DNA of 64,000 bases, from positions 8,434,001 through 8,498,000 of the forward strand of contig CM097885.1 of assembly GCA_044892525.1 (NCBI GenBank), in the 5' to 3' direction. The translations under genes were made by a program, and so were the position numbers. Origin of the DNA: Schmidtea polychroa (taxonomy: Eukaryota). Shown here piece after piece: positions 1 through 14,348 of the stretch (within the stretch, counting starts at the first letter, position 1; each line of letters opens with the position of its first letter). The notes under the pieces were generated by a model. That model was not told the DNA's origin. It ran no database searches and saw nothing but the letters and a program-made list of their open reading frames with translations.

Positions 1-1311
1 ACATGTTTGAATTGAATTTTGGAAAGTAAAATTAAAGTGTAAATGATAAACATATATTTTAGTTACTTATTATAATATTTAAATATCTTATAAATAATAA
101 TATTTTTTGTATGATAATTATGATAATGTGACCCGCACATAGACCTTTAACCTCTTTTTTTAGTCCTTCATTCTTATCGATAAACATCAATTATCTTTTG
201 AAGGGTTTGTACGTTTTATTTCAGGCCATGTGAATTTCGGGTAAGGGCCTTTGTTCTTTTGATTTCTCTATGGTTTTGTACTATGTTGGCTTTTTTTGCT
301 TATTTACCTCCTATTTATCGAATCCGTTGGCGAGTTTTACTTTTTCAATGTTTACTACAACCTTTTTATTCGCGTAAAATTATGAGTGTTGTAGTCTCTG
401 GCGCATGTCGAGGTTTCATGTATTTAATGTATTTAGTTTGGTGGAATTGAAGGAGGGATTTGTGTCGGTAGGATATGGTTCCGGGCTGCGTCTATAGTTT
501 CAAATGGGATATCATTAGTATTAGTAAGGAATTCGACGAGGAAACATATCCCAGTTTTGAAAGGTAGTCCAACTGGGGAGTTGGTGCATGTTACTTGTAT
601 GTTTAAAAATGAATTTTTGGGAAAATGAGCGCAATAGGTCTCTCTCGAATTATGTGCAAACCAACAAGAAACAATGTTTTTCCTATCAATTATAGTGAAG
701 ATGATATTTTATCATTTGGAGTATGGTAATGGGCGGACTAGGTCGACGTGAGGTATATCTAATCGATTTTCGGTGGGAAAACGGACAATTGGAGGTTTGC
801 TATGTCGTACGATTTTGTTCTTTTAACATTCTGCACATTCTTTGACACTTTATATCCTTACGCATGAATGGTCAAGCATAATGCGTATGAATCATATCGT
901 AAATATTGTTAATGTCTGTATGATTAAGATCATGAATTGACTCGAATGCTTTTTTTCTGAGTTGTAGAGGTAGAATAGGATGAGGAGAATCAAGAATAAT
1001 TGAAAAACAGCTTTCCTGGGACCAGAAGGTCTTCCTTTCTGACACCATTGTAATAAGATATAATTTAGTGTTGAAATGCAACATTTATTTATGACATCTG
1101 TTGATTGGCCTTGATTGATGTGTTTGGTTTCTTCAACAATTTTAACTTCAATAATTTTTTTGAACATGTTTGAATTGAATTTCGAATTTCGGTAAATTAA
1201 AGTAAAACTAAAGTGTATATATTTTAATTACTTATTATAATATTTAATTTATAATTTTTAAATATTTTATATATAATAATAAATTTTGTATGATAATTAT
1301 GATATTATGAC
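1..1311 (+). repeat. Diverged direct repeats (~135-150 bp) at 1-133 and 1164-1311
   Basis: Both copies begin acatgtttgaattgaattt and end tgtatgataattatgata..tgacc. They bracket the integrase relic. Confidence 0.7.
150..1100 (-). pseudogene. Decayed Ty3/Gypsy integrase fragment
   Basis: The minus strand reads LRKKAFESIHDLNH ... VKECAEC*KNKIVRH ... PHVDLVRPLP ... IFTIID (HHCC zinc finger and first core Asp), with stops and frameshifts. Confidence 0.7.
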
Positions 1312-2519
1312 CAGCAAACTCTTCGTATAACGTCCTCAAATGATCTATTAAGACCACGAACATAGAATCAACATCCGAATATTTTGAAAGTAATAATCTC
1401 GAGTGCCCAATAGATTAAATACTTTAAAATATTCCGATATAGTTCACCCATTTTTCAAATCAAAATCTAAAAAATAAAATTTTTAAAAACAATCAAAATA
1501 TACTGAAAGATAAATTTGGCATTCTCTATTACTAAATAAATGATTAAAATGTTCTTGTATATATACTTAATTTGATATACACCATCAAATATATGGATGA
1601 TGAAATTATATTGTAATTTTAGTTTAGGAAAAAGTTTAAAAATTCCATTTCATCAATTACTGATTTAATATCTTTAATAATTTTGTAAACAAATAAATGA
1701 AAATCTTATAACTGACGGGTCGCTTCGGCCGTATATCAGGCAAGTCTGTAATGAAAAGATAAAAACCAAATTATTTATACAAATGACATTTATACTGCTA
1801 TTTATAATACTAGTATTTATTAAATATTTCCTATAATTGATAGATAGATTATGTATTAGATTATAGATTATGTTCTTTAAATATTTTTAAATTAATAATA
1901 AAAAAATATTATATAATTTAATGCATATTTCTCATTTTGAAGTCAAACAATGGAAGTAGGTCCAACATTAACACTATTGTCTTATTTATTACTCGTTACT
2001 CGTTACTGGCCTATTTAGGCCATTATCTTAGACGTCAGTTATTTATTGCTATGATCTATCTCTTAAATAAAATTTCGCAAACGAAAACTCATTCATAACG
2101 TGAATAAATCTTAATCGTCCATATACCCAAAAAAAAGATTTTATTTTTCAAATTAAAAAAAGATAACATTGTTCTGAGTTCTCTAAAACCCACTGTGTTT
2201 GATTTTCCTTGTCGAGGTTCCGTTACTCATTATTTGTGGCTGTAGTCCTGGCTAGCTCCGTCAACCTAATTCCCTAATAATAATAATAACTACTAAGACA
2301 GTGATATACATTATTTGTAATCATAGTGGTAATCTCGGTAATAGTGGTATTTAGGTAATTCATCTTAACTTACTAATTGATCTCCTATTTTCTATTTTTG
2401 TTGTTCTTTTCTGAATTTTTTGTCCTATATATCTCTTGATTTTGTCTTGGTATTCTCTCAATACTTCTTCCCATTTGTCGTCTCAATTTGTGTTACTGTG
2501 TTGTGTCATTATTTGAAGT

Positions 2520-3140
2520 ACTTCCGACTCAGATTAATTCTTGATAAACCGTCGATAATAATTAGTTAAATCTAAGAATGATCTCAATTCTGTGACACTT
2601 TTTGGTTCGGTTGCATTTTTAATTTCTGAAATCTTTCTTTTATTTGTCTGAATTCCCTTTTTAATCTAGGGTGTAGTTTAATGTAGTTCACTTTGGCTAT
2701 ATTTTATAGATATACATTTAGCGATCCTGTCAAGAACTATAGTGCCAAAAACCTGTCGAATTTCTCCTCAATAGCTTAAGTCAGTGCTTTCCAACCTTTT
2801 CATGCTTGTGACACACTTTTTAGACTTCCATCATTTCGCGACACAGCAAATCAGTTTTACCAGAAAACCAGACGTCATACAACTTACGCCATATGAAACA
2901 TATTTAAATATAAATATCGAATTCCAACGATTAAATAGGGTAAACAAGCGTTCTTGCAGCTAAAACACGACGGACTATTTATGTGTATTGTATTTCAGTC
3001 TAACAATCGTTAAAAAGTTTATAAAATTAAGGGACTCTGTGGCTTTTCATTATGTTCACGCGACACACCGGTTGGAAAGCTCTGGCTTAAGTCGTCCACT
3101 GAGATCTGCCTAGTCGACCAATTATCATTTTCCCAATGAA
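2520..3140 (-). pseudogene. Decayed Gypsy RT/connection fragment, interrupted by a MITE
   Basis: The minus strand reads KNATEPKSVTELRSFLDLTNYYRRFIKN, matching the typical LRSFLGLxNYYRRFI motif. Confidence 0.7.
2782..3084. mobile_element. 303-bp non-autonomous hAT MITE
   Basis: TIRs CAGTGCTTTCCAACC / GGTTGGAAAGCTCTG, with an exact 8-bp TSD GCTTAAGT at 2774-2781 and 3085-3092. Confidence 0.9.
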
Positions 3141-4439
3141 GATGTTTTATCTCTACTGAACGTATCTAAATAAATCCCGAAATTTGGATATATAATATTT
3201 ATTCAATGACGAATTCATTCAAATTTATTCATTTCCAAAGATGAGTTATTACTATTTGAGGAATCAAGTCAAAGACTTTTAGTTGATACTTCAAAAGAAT
3301 ATGAAATTTTTCACAACGCCAGTATCGAATCGGTTTTTTTGTCTTTAAAAAATAAACATCCAGCAAATAATAATTTTTGTTTTCCTTTTTCACTATTAAT
3401 AAATTTTAATTCCATGATTTAACGGTCTAAAAACTTTAAAATTTTATGATTTTTTGTCCTTTTAAATAACTTAAAATTTTATGAGCTAATTGAGAGGTGT
3501 TTTCAGCTGAGAGTTAAATATTTCAATGGTTTATCAAAATAATTTTAAATTGTAAATAATTGACTATTAAAATAATTTTTAAATTGGATTTTTTTAAGTT
3601 GAAATACAATATTTCATCAAATAAATACTTGGAATTATGTCGTTAACTTTTGAGCCGGATTTAAAAAATAATTTAGAAGATGTGTTAGCAGCTTCTAATA
3701 CTAATGATGCGTATTATTTGAAAATTGGACACCATTTAATTTTTAAAATATAAATAAAAGCAATTTTTTAAATATGATTAGCTGCACGTAAGTTAGTTAA
3801 AACAAATATTTTTTCGATGAACTTGTAATTCGATTAATTTGTTCTTGTTTTTCGATAAACCTGTTATTCAATGAATTTGCATTCAATGAACTCGTTTTTG
3901 ATGAATTTGCATTCGATGAAATCGTCGGTTACCAAAAATTACTAGCTCACATGAGTTTCTTCTTCTGGAGTCGCGTTAATTGATTACCCCAGTCACTAGT
4001 ACTAGTAAAAACAGAGCCGCCATAAGAAAATTACTACTACTCCTGAGTTTTGTGACCCTCTTAGGCCGAAGAGATCTCGAGTTAGAGCATTAAGCGTGTT
4101 AATTTCATCAGCAATCTGAATATACTTATTGAGGTTACCATGAACAACGTATTACCACCAGATCAACATGTTGCAAGGATCATGAATATTTACCATCCAT
4201 TTATCTTTTGATAATCGCTCAAGGAAAGATTTAGAATATCCATTTTTAAGAACCAACATAACCAGAGAATCAATACTTTTGACTTAATTAATAAACGTGG
4301 ATGATAAAAACCATGCACGACAAACTAATCCTTTCACCATATTTCGGTTGTATTTATATTCACAAAAGCTCTCAATTTGCTGCTCGGGATTCGTCTCCTT
4401 TTGTCTGACACATGCCTGAACTAAATTATAACGAAAACA

Positions 4440-5178
4440 AATGTTGGTGCGCTACCTACTTGACACAAGGATGGCGCAAATTATGGATTATTTAATAAAC
4501 TAAATAAAAGCGCAATAATCAAAACTATTGTTTCAATTATTGAGCGCTTGGTAATAAATATTGATATAAATAACGAAACAGAAACTGAATCACCTGAAGA
4601 TGAGACAATAAATTTGTCCGTAACCGTACCACAACAGTTGACAATGAAACAACGGTTAAAAATCGCCATTCAAAAGAAAAATGAAGTTAATTTTGACGCT
4701 TTGGCTACTTCACCAATTAAAAACAAAACAAAATAGAGAATATCATCAAAAAAGAAATAAATTCTATTGCGGAGAAAAAACGCCTTGGAACATATTTGAA
4801 ATTAGCACAAAAATATTTGCTTACAATAAAATCAACGAGTGTGGAGTCAGAAAGAGCCTTTTCTGCTGCAGGAAAATTGTGTACGAATATTAGATCAAAT
4901 CTTAATGATCAAACAATAGATACAATTTGTTTTTTACGTAGGTATTTTATTAAGCAGAAACATTAAGTTGGTACTTGATCATATCATGTAAAAATATTTT
5001 TTACTCTTTGTTTAATGAATTGTGATTGTAATATTTTTTATTTAATAATAATATATAATAATAATGAATTCTAAAACATTTAAATTTTCTATTATTTCTA
5101 TCATTTTACCGATAAATTACCGGTAAACCGATAAAGTGATGAAATTTTTACCGTTTACCGGTAAATTTGCAGTCCCTA
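4440..5178 (+). mobile_element. 3' remnant of a hAT transposon (dimerisation domain and right end)
   Basis: About 4811-4955 reads STSVESERAFSAAGKLCTNIRSNLNDQTIDTICFLR (hATC). Subterminal taccg repeats at 5106-5165 are followed by terminal TGCAGTCCCTA. Confidence 0.75.
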
Positions 5179-7694
5179 GTTATTAATACAAATTACAACA
5201 ATGACTCTCTAAGCTAACACTAAGTTTAAATAATGGGGAGTTTTATCTGGCGATGTTGATCTAAAATCCTTATTTAATCAGTCACAATACTTATTAATAT
5301 TTACTATAATGTTGACATTTACGAAATTATTAATCTCATTTAATCATAAGTACTGCCGAACATAACTTTTGGTTATTGACTAGATTTTTTGCTTTCTTTT
5401 CATTTGTTCTACTTTAAATGGCATTCTCAATGTTAGATTATTACTATGCTACTTTGTGCTTATCGGTACGGCAGGTCTGTCTGATCGATTATCTATGTGA
5501 TTTCGAGGACTGTTCAGTGGATATTCAATTCATATTCGGAAATGTGCTTAATTCTCATTGAATTCACCTGCGGCTTTACAAACCTATCTCATATCATTAG
5601 TTAGTTCTATCGTTGCATGATTCCTAAAATTGCCGTGCTGTAATCGATTGGATCAAAGTGTTGCTGGCACTGTTATGTAGCTTATCGTTAGCATTGTCCA
5701 TTTCTTCCTAGTGTTATCATTTTTAATATCTACCACTCGCTTGGTCTCATGAAACAAATCCGACTATCTCTCTGGGCAAACTATTCAATATCTTACACTC
5801 GATATGTCGTTTTTCACTGGCTTTCGTGGGTTCTAACATTCGACAACGATTTCAAGTTGTTACTAGATCGAATTGGAATAATTGGAATGAATTTTCTAGA
5901 TTTCTCAATGATTTCGTTGAAAAAAATTTGTTTTGTGTATATTTGTGTTGAAGACTATATGGACATGTCGATGTGAAATGAAGTGAAAAGTTTGTTGTAA
6001 CGTCATGCGAATTTCACTCTCAAGGACTTCACGAAATTTTGTTCTCCTATTCATGAGTTGCGGTTCTTGTAACGACGGAAGTTTAGGCCATCTCAGATTG
6101 CTGACGCCTCAATCACTACGCTGTGCACAATTCGGTTCTACTCGACTCTACTCTCAATTCGATTTAAAATTCAAATTCTACCGATGTGTTATACTTTCTG
6201 CATCTTTCTATTAATTCGCTATCCTCTAAAAAATGACAGTGAAAAAATTGAATTGTAGTTTACCTGAATGAGTTAAAAAATGACTGTGAATATATCGTGT
6301 TTGCTAGTTCTTTATATAGTTTTCTGACCATATAGATTTCTGACCAATCACAGTTGGCCTGTTTTATTTTAATTAATTTATTTTATGATTTTTAGGTTTT
6401 GTTATGTTATTGGTTGGATCTATGTTCTATTTTTAATTATTTCAATTTTAGTTTTCGTTGTTTTATTTTGTTTGTTATTTTTCTCGCTTATTTTCTCTTT
6501 TATTTTCTCCTTTGGATTTTAATAATTCGTGGTTTATTATTTATTTATTTATTAATTCTTCGTTGATTATGTTTTTGTAATTCAATTTCTGCCTGCCTGC
6601 TTCCTTTTTGGATGTTAAATTTTATCTTACTCGATTTTCTTTTATTATTATTTATTGTTGTTTTGTCGATCTCATTTCTTTGTTTTATTTTTACTTTTTC
6701 CTTACGTTATTTAAGCATCTACAAGACCATTTCACTGTTTCTCTTAGTTTTTCTTACAACAAGAAACCAAAAATTTTAAAAGAAGTTTATTATAATCATT
6801 TAGTTTTCAGCCCAACACAAAAACTTAAATTAAAATTATCAATCACAATTTTATCATTATTATTGAATTAATTATATGAAACTTTAATGAATTTTAATAA
6901 TATTGGCTATTTCATTGGCTATTTTAACATAATAATTCTTAATATTTTTCTCCGGTGATTCCAACTTGGTATTAGATTCGATTCCCATTTACATTTGTTT
7001 CACATAGCTCATCGTCCTTCCTTTAATAATTGTGTCTTCCTGTATGTTTATAAATCTGATCTCTACATCCATTTTGTTGTCCTCTCCAGTTGTAAGAGAT
7101 CTAGTTCGGTAAATAAGTTCGACTGGCCTCGCTCGAACCTTTTTCTCCAACCCACCAGGAGTAGGTATACTACGTCCCGGTATCGCTTTCTTTCTCTGAT
7201 TGGTTTTTTATTTGTATATGAATATGAGCAACAAAACTTTAAATTATTTTAATCACATTTAATATATTTTATTCATTACTTTACAAGTTAAATTAAATTT
7301 TAAAAAATGATAACCCAATAAAAATTTCTATATTATTATATCTATATAATTAATAATTATGAACTCGGTTTTTGTCTCATTTATTAAATGGCGGCTCATC
7401 AGGTAAACCCCAAATAAATTGAAATAAAAATAAATAAATAAAACTATTATTAACATTGGTTTCATTATTAGAAAGTAATATATATGAAATAAATATAACA
7501 CCAAACACAGTCCCAATCGTCGGGATATGGCTGCCCGGACAACGATTGGAAATGGTTGTTTGTCAACAGCCATATAGGTAGATATTTAACAATTGAATGC
7601 GACGAATATGATAAATATCAAAAGTGTATAACAATTTATTATTATTATTATTATTTGGTAAATTCTCATACAAATTTGAAAAGGAGTTGAGATG

Positions 7695-7975
7695 TGCATT
7701 TGAACAGCAACACTAGGATACATTGTCGAACCACTTGATAAGATTTCACAAATAGCCATAGTATGTGATATAGGATCACTAGAGTCCAGAGCGATACCCG
7801 AGGAACGACCTGAAACATACAAAGAAAGAACTGCTTGAATTGAAACATACATCATTGTTATTCCTGTAAGCACATTCATTGTCATTATCAACAAAACTTT
7901 CATTGGTGCATTAAATGTCTCAAACATAATTTGAGTCATGGATCCTCTGTCTGCTTTGGGAATATTGAAAAGAAC
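7695..7975 (-). pseudogene. Degenerate, internally deleted actin fragment
   Basis: Reads [19 protein letters not shown] ... [24 protein letters not shown] ... SHT, then jumps to [10 protein letters not shown] (actin LSGGTTMYPG). Confidence 0.85.
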
Positions 7976-8399
7976 TTCTCTACCAGTTATTGAGATTGCA
8001 TTGCCGTATGTGATAGATAATAAAATGAACAAAAATATCCTAATATCATTGAACTCTTATCATTGTCAACACTTACGAATTCATATCCGTTCATTAAGTT
8101 ACACCATTTCATAATTTAAACGAATAGAAACGAAGCTTCAAAAAAATCTTTATTCTCTAAAATACGCGTGAAACTCCTTTTTTCAAACAAGTTTCTATAA
8201 ATCCAAATATCATTCACTTATATTAATAAAAAAACTTGAATTCAAAATACCTTGCCTCGCGCCTGTGCGCGCAAACCAACAGAAAATTTACAAGTAATAC
8301 TCAATGCGCAAAAAGACAAATTTAAAGACGAATTTACAAACTGACAAGAATCTATAAATTTCACATTCAGGAATCAAAATACACAAAAAGAGATAAAAA

Positions 8400-9750
8400 C
8401 TTTTCACTTGTCACCGGTATACAAAAAATATTTCAAGACTTATATTTAGCCAAGTAAAATTTGAGGATGTGATAGAGATCATATCCTCTCAAATTATGAA
8501 AGACTACAGGTAGTGTTTGTCGTATTTTCCTGGAAAGATTACAAGTGTTGCAAGCAACACCAAGGAATTGACCGGTAGTGATCATGATCCCTGACTGAAC
8601 TAACTAACAATTTTTACACAAATGACAGTTTGTAGTGTTATTAAAATTAATTTGATCATTTTCTGTGAATATCATTTTCTTATTTTTATAATAATAGGGA
8701 TTTACAATATTTTTAGCGATATTATTAATTTCTTTTAAAAATTCGTCTACCCTATGAATGATTTATAAAATTTTACGCCTGTATAATTATTTATGCATAA
8801 AAGTCCAGCCGAAATAGGTAAATGTTTCTGATAATATTTAGGATCTTTAGGGAGGATTGCCTCAAAATCGGCATAAGTAATAAAATGAAGAGTGACGGTT
8901 TTGCTATAATCGGTATATTCTAATAAAGGATTTTTGAGTAGAGTGTACAATGTGGTTCCTAATTGGTTTCGATAACAAAGAACTCGATATTTATTAAAAC
9001 TATCTTCAAGTCTGAATACATTCAGGCATCTAGGACACCACTTACAATAAACACGGACAGAACTGGTAATAGCAACGTAATGATAGGTTTTCCGATTCTG
9101 TAATAATAAAAAATTCAAACAAGTACCTGCTATCACCTTACTACGAAAAATTATTTCTATGAAGGGGTGTTTCATGACGGGATCAGAATTACTTATATCA
9201 ATTAACCCAATTTCGTCGTAACTTAAAACATTAATTGAATATCCTGGGTTTTATCGTTCAAATTTAGCGATATTTGCTAATTTCTTTGGCATATCTGCCG
9301 GGTCATATATCAGTTGGGAAACGTTATAAGAACAAGACAGATGACGCAATTCATCAGCAGTCCAAGAGCCAAAACCGATTAGAGGAAACAAAATTCGTCA
9401 TCGTTATTTACATTTATTATACATTTTTTCCTAATAATGTTCACGGGGTTTCAATGTATTTGCCACCTTACAACCTACTAATCTTGAAATATTTTGTTAC
9501 AATAAAACTAATGTATTCAATTTTGTTGATGGTCCAATTACTCCCCTTTTCATTAATTTTACTAATTTTCTCATTTAAAAGAGAGATACCCTCATCAATG
9601 AAAGTGTCGCTCCAAACACGAGCAGAGTTTGATATTATGAAAGATTGAAGTTCATTGAAATTCATCATTTTTCTCAAACTCTACTTTAATACAAAATTGA
9701 ATTTTTACTGATTTCATTTTATTTACAACTTCTAACAATGTATAATAAGA
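8400..9750 (-). pseudogene. Decayed N-terminal half of a Polinton/Maverick protein-primed DNA polymerase B
   Basis: Motifs occur in the expected order: EKGSNWTINKI; NVNNDDEFCF; HYVAI..CPRCL; ITYADFEAIL (ExoI); CHLCKK..VRDHDH..ACNTCNL (EndoVII-like); LPVVFHNLRGYDLYHI (ExoII). There are stops and frameshifts, and it ends before the polymerase domain. Confidence 0.85.
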
Positions 9751-10237
9751 GTTTGACAATTCAAGCAAGATGTATCCAACTTAGCTATTAGCTATGGGAG
9801 CTATTCAGGTCAGAAACTACGTTAACTATAAAAAACTATTAATTATTTGGGGTACAACCTCATCGTCACTGATATTTACAACATCGTCGTCGTCACTAAT
9901 GGTTATTATTTCATCTTTTTTCATCTTTTTCTGGAAATGTATGAATGTCTTATGTTTCATATTGTTTCTAATAATTTATTGATTGTTTGCATTAATTGTT
10001 GATTTTGTAGTAATGTCATTGATTGTAGTGTTTTCGGTGGTTATGTTCCTATTGTTGTTGTTGTAGGTTTTGAATAAGCAATGCTAAAAATTGATTTTTA
10101 GAAGGCATATATTGAGAAATGATTATGGTGTTTATCACAAAACTCAGTATATGTTGATGCTTCATGATTTTGGCATATGGGACATAACATGTAGGTAACG
10201 CTATTATATTTGTGACCATAGTATTTTTCAATAATAA

Positions 10238-11240
10238 CGTTACAGTCATTATGTGAAACACTGTTACAAAAAGTTGGATATTTATAACCTACAAAATAAT
10301 ATTTTTAAAAAATGATATTTTTATAACTGTAAAATTTGATAATAATATCCTCATATTATTAATAATCATAAGCTTTTGCCATTCTTTCTTTGAAACTAGG
10401 AGTTTTGTTATCTTAATCTGAGCTTTAATATTCAAAAATCGTTCCAACAAAATGAATGTTTTTAAAACAAAACTTTATCAACGAAATTCCAAAAACTTCT
10501 CAAACTCCAAATAAATCATCATTTCTTGCGTCTGTGAGCACATACCATTTAAGAACACCGCGCATACAGGCGCGAGGCCGAAATTGGCTGAAACAATAGT
10601 ATTTTCCCTTAATAGCGTCACAGTCATAATGTAAAATACTATTGAAAATGTTGGATATTTAGAATCTACATAAAATATTTTTAAAAAAATAATATTTATA
10701 AAATGATATTTTTATAAAATATATAATTAATAATTTTTATAACAAAATATCTGTTTAAAAGAATCATAAAAATATAGTCATAACTGTTTTCAAAATAACA
10801 AATAACTTATTTCATAATAATAATAATTTCATCAATTAATTGGTTTCCTCATTTTTCACAATATTTTCATAATAAACTAAAAAAACATTGGTTTCATCTT
10901 AGTCATTTCTCATAACTGTTTTCATAATTGGTTTCATAATTACTGTTTTCATAATTCGTCATAGTAATTTCATAAAAATTAATAAAAACATTAATTTCAT
11001 AATAAAAAAATAAACTAAAAACATACATTTTGGGTTCTTGCATGCGAGATTGTGCATTGCATTTTGAACAGTATTTACTAAATAAGGATAATAAATAAAT
11101 TTTATCATTGACTCTCGATCAGGTAACAGATTTTTGACCTGCATTTTCATCATTTACTAAATAATGATAATATTAATATTATTAATTTTAAAAATAAATA
11201 AATTTACCAATAATTCTCGATTCGGTAGCATTCTGGGAAT
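10238..11240 (+). repeat. Diverged direct and tandem repeats next to the pPolB relic
   Basis: 10238-10330 resembles 10619-10715 (acagtcat.atgt.aa.act.tt..aaa.gttggatattta). There are ttttcataat arrays at 10780-11000 and a duplicated tttactaaataa... unit at 11073 and 11153. Confidence 0.55.
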
Positions 11241-11423
11241 TGGTCGACATCATTTCAAAAATATTCACAAAAAATATCAAAACATAGTGTATATGTCACG
11301 TTTATTATTCACGATCCAATCAGATTACAGATAGGATAGGAAAACATCTGTGCACATACTGTATGTTTGTTTATACGAAGCAGTGACATGATAGTTACTA
11401 TGTGACTACATAAAGGTATGAAC

Positions 11424-12344
11424 TTAGGTGTCTTTGTAATTTCCATGTGACTTAGATCTATCAGTCATTAAGCAAACCAAGTTAGCTTTCTTTATATCTT
11501 GTTGGATCTTTTCATCAATGTATGGTGCAATAACTTTCTTTATGATCGCAGCTGTTTTCGTTCTTCCTAATGTAAATTTTCGCTCGAATGAGTTCGAATG
11601 TGCAATCATTATAGCGAAAAGAAAATTTGTTCTTTCCAGTCTGATATGCAATTGCTGCTTCCTTAGCGCTAACATTTAATTCTTCCTTTGTTGTGAAATC
11701 TTTTTAAAAAAGTCGCTTTTTTCTTACTTGAGGCTCCAACATCTATTGAATTTTTGTGACGAGTAGTTCCAACATGTTGAACAATATCCGATTGACCATC
11801 GTGGCTTATTGAGAATGCTGATGATCAAACTGTACTTTTGCTGTTGTCTGGTGGATAACTCTTGATGAATCCAAATTCTGTGGCATAAATGTCGTTTCTT
11901 GAAGTTTTTCTTTTCTTGCTTGTGCTCAATTGGAATAAAAAAGTTGATTTGCTGGAGACATTTTTGAACGAAATCAACAATGGCATTACTTACAATAATA
12001 GTTTTGATGATTTCTTTATCCAATAATGCTTTTAAATCATAAATCAATTTGCAGATAATTGTAAATTTAAATTTGACAGAGTAGCGAAATATTGAGGTTA
12101 CCAAAATGTTATATAAGGGGTAGGAAATTAGGATTCGAGGGAGGGAAACAGAGGAATTTTTTGAAAAATAATATAACGACTTTACTGAGTATAATTTTCA
12201 TTTTTGCTTCAATTTGATAATATTTTTTAAAAACTTTAATATAAATTTTTGAAATACGGGACAAATGCTGTCCCTTACGCGACATGGGATAAATTCTCAA
12301 AATAAGGGACTGTCCTGGGTAAATACAAGCAAATGGTCACGCTA
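11424..12344 (-). mobile_element. 5' remnant of a hAT-like DNA transposon
   Basis: Reads FTLGRTKTAAIIKKVIAPY...VCLMTD (start of the RNaseH-like core). The minus-strand end TAGCGTGACCAT with gggac/gtccc subterminal repeats lies at 12257-12344. Confidence 0.6.
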
Positions 12345-12366
12345 CATCATTATCAAATTGAATATG

Positions 12367-12447
<81 letters not shown>

Positions 12448-13318
12448 GTTGATAGTAGCAATACCATAATTACTTGGTATTGTTATTGATAGTGAAACGT
12501 ATGAGGCTTGTACATTAGTATATGTATGATTTAGTTTAGTGTGTGGTAGAAATTTGTAGAGCCCGATAGGGTCTCCTTTAAAAAATGTGTTGGGACAGCC
12601 GGGCTGCTTGTATATGTGTTGACAAGAGATAAGCAATAATAAAATAGAATAATTACAATTTATTAACCAGCAAAAAGAGAATACTTTGCCGTGACAAGAT
12701 ATGTCTTCAGTTGTTTCGTCGGTAAATTTGGGTAATTCACAATCTAGATTGATCTCCGCTACAATATTCTATTGAGGGATCTGAAATTACTTTATTTTTT
12801 TCAATCTTCGAGATGTCCATGGATTAATATCCCATGAAATCAATATTTGGGTAGTACTTTAATTTTATGATAAACCGAAATTTATCCTTATGATTGTCTT
12901 AAGGAATATTATAGGGATAATTTTCGTCCTGTTCTGTGTTTGGATAATGTTTATTTCAAAAAAATAAATCATAATTTATTCCTTTCTTTTAATTAATCTT
13001 CTCGTATTCAAGTAAATTAGCTATCAGGACAAATTAAAATTCTTCTGTTGTTAGGATTTGACTAGTAATTCTATAGCTTTTTCAAGAAAAACAATCTTTT
13101 ATTCTTTTCTGTTAGTTTTATGATTTTCCTGTTTAATTTCTTTCCGGAATCTTCAGTTTGATTTTTATATATTTTATTAATTTTTTAATTCTCTATAGTA
13201 ATAGTTTACTATAGAGAATTACTCTATATAATTTTATTATTATTTTGTACCCATTACAAACGGCAACAAATATCACAATTGCAAATTCAAATTGCGAATA
13301 AAAATTAACACCACGCTA

Positions 13319-13381
<63 letters not shown>

Positions 13382-14303
13382 CATTATTAGCATTAATAAT
13401 TATGATAATAAATAAATAGCATTTGACAAAATTGCATTGACAAAAAATAAAGGCATACAGTGATTGAAGGAAAGCATAGAGGGATTGGTATTGGATTAAT
13501 GGCAATAATTGCCAAAATTTCCATATTTAAAAATACCCCAAAATGTCATATAGCATTCCGGGAATCAAAAAATAATATTCAAATTTTGATATCTGGACAG
13601 ATATCCAAATAACATTGATTAATTAAAGGTATATTTAAATTCACTTCTTGCTTTTTATTTGTTATTTGGGTGTCTCAACTGATTTTTTCACTGCTTTTAC
13701 TTTTTACAATACGAAAGTCTTATGAAGAGAATAAGAAAATTAATTAATTTTTGTTTCTAGCCCAACGTTGTTATTATTATTGGTGGCTGTCAGCGCTTTC
13801 CTCTAATGGTGACCCTGTCAAAAAAAGTTTGAAAATAATTAATTTAATCGAACTCTACTTGAACCAAATTTGACATATCCGTATACTCACTGTCTCATAT
13901 TCATGAATAGAAAATACATATTTCTACCACATTTTTACCGAATGAAATCTCAGAGAATTGAGATTGCATTTCGTTAACCATAAACAGATTGAATGAATAT
14001 CGACTAAAAACACAATTATCGGATTCAGTCATTCAAATAACTGTAGTTTTTTCTATTTACATCAAATTGGTAACTAATATAATAAATCAGATTTGCTCCT
14101 GAATTTATGAAATCAATTTCTAATTGAAGTTGAAAAGAAAAATTTTCTAACAGTACAAACATATTTCGGAAAAATCGATTCGTTTTCATAATTTGTAATG
14201 AATCGTTTATAAAAATGATTAAAGCAAATTCATTTAAACATATTCTTTGTATAATTTTATCTTGTCTATGTATTAATATGAAAATATACTTGAAATTATA
14301 GCA

Positions 14304-14348
<45 letters not shown>

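Noticed and set aside
3810..3935. ~15-bp ttcgatgaa-type tandem repeats ending in gtcggttacc, as a DNA transposon end
   Set aside because: I found no matching opposite end or TSD, so it cannot be delimited.
5300..6990. Further LTR-like relics (also ~12590-13300, 17460-18900, 21650-22170, 38110-38440)
   Set aside because: Composition suggests LTR debris, but I could not establish boundaries, TSDs or protein motifs.
12265..13505. Poly-I and poly-N ORFs (also 22196-22575, 52548-52835, 53307-53585)
   Set aside because: These are translations of (ATT/AAT)n microsatellites.
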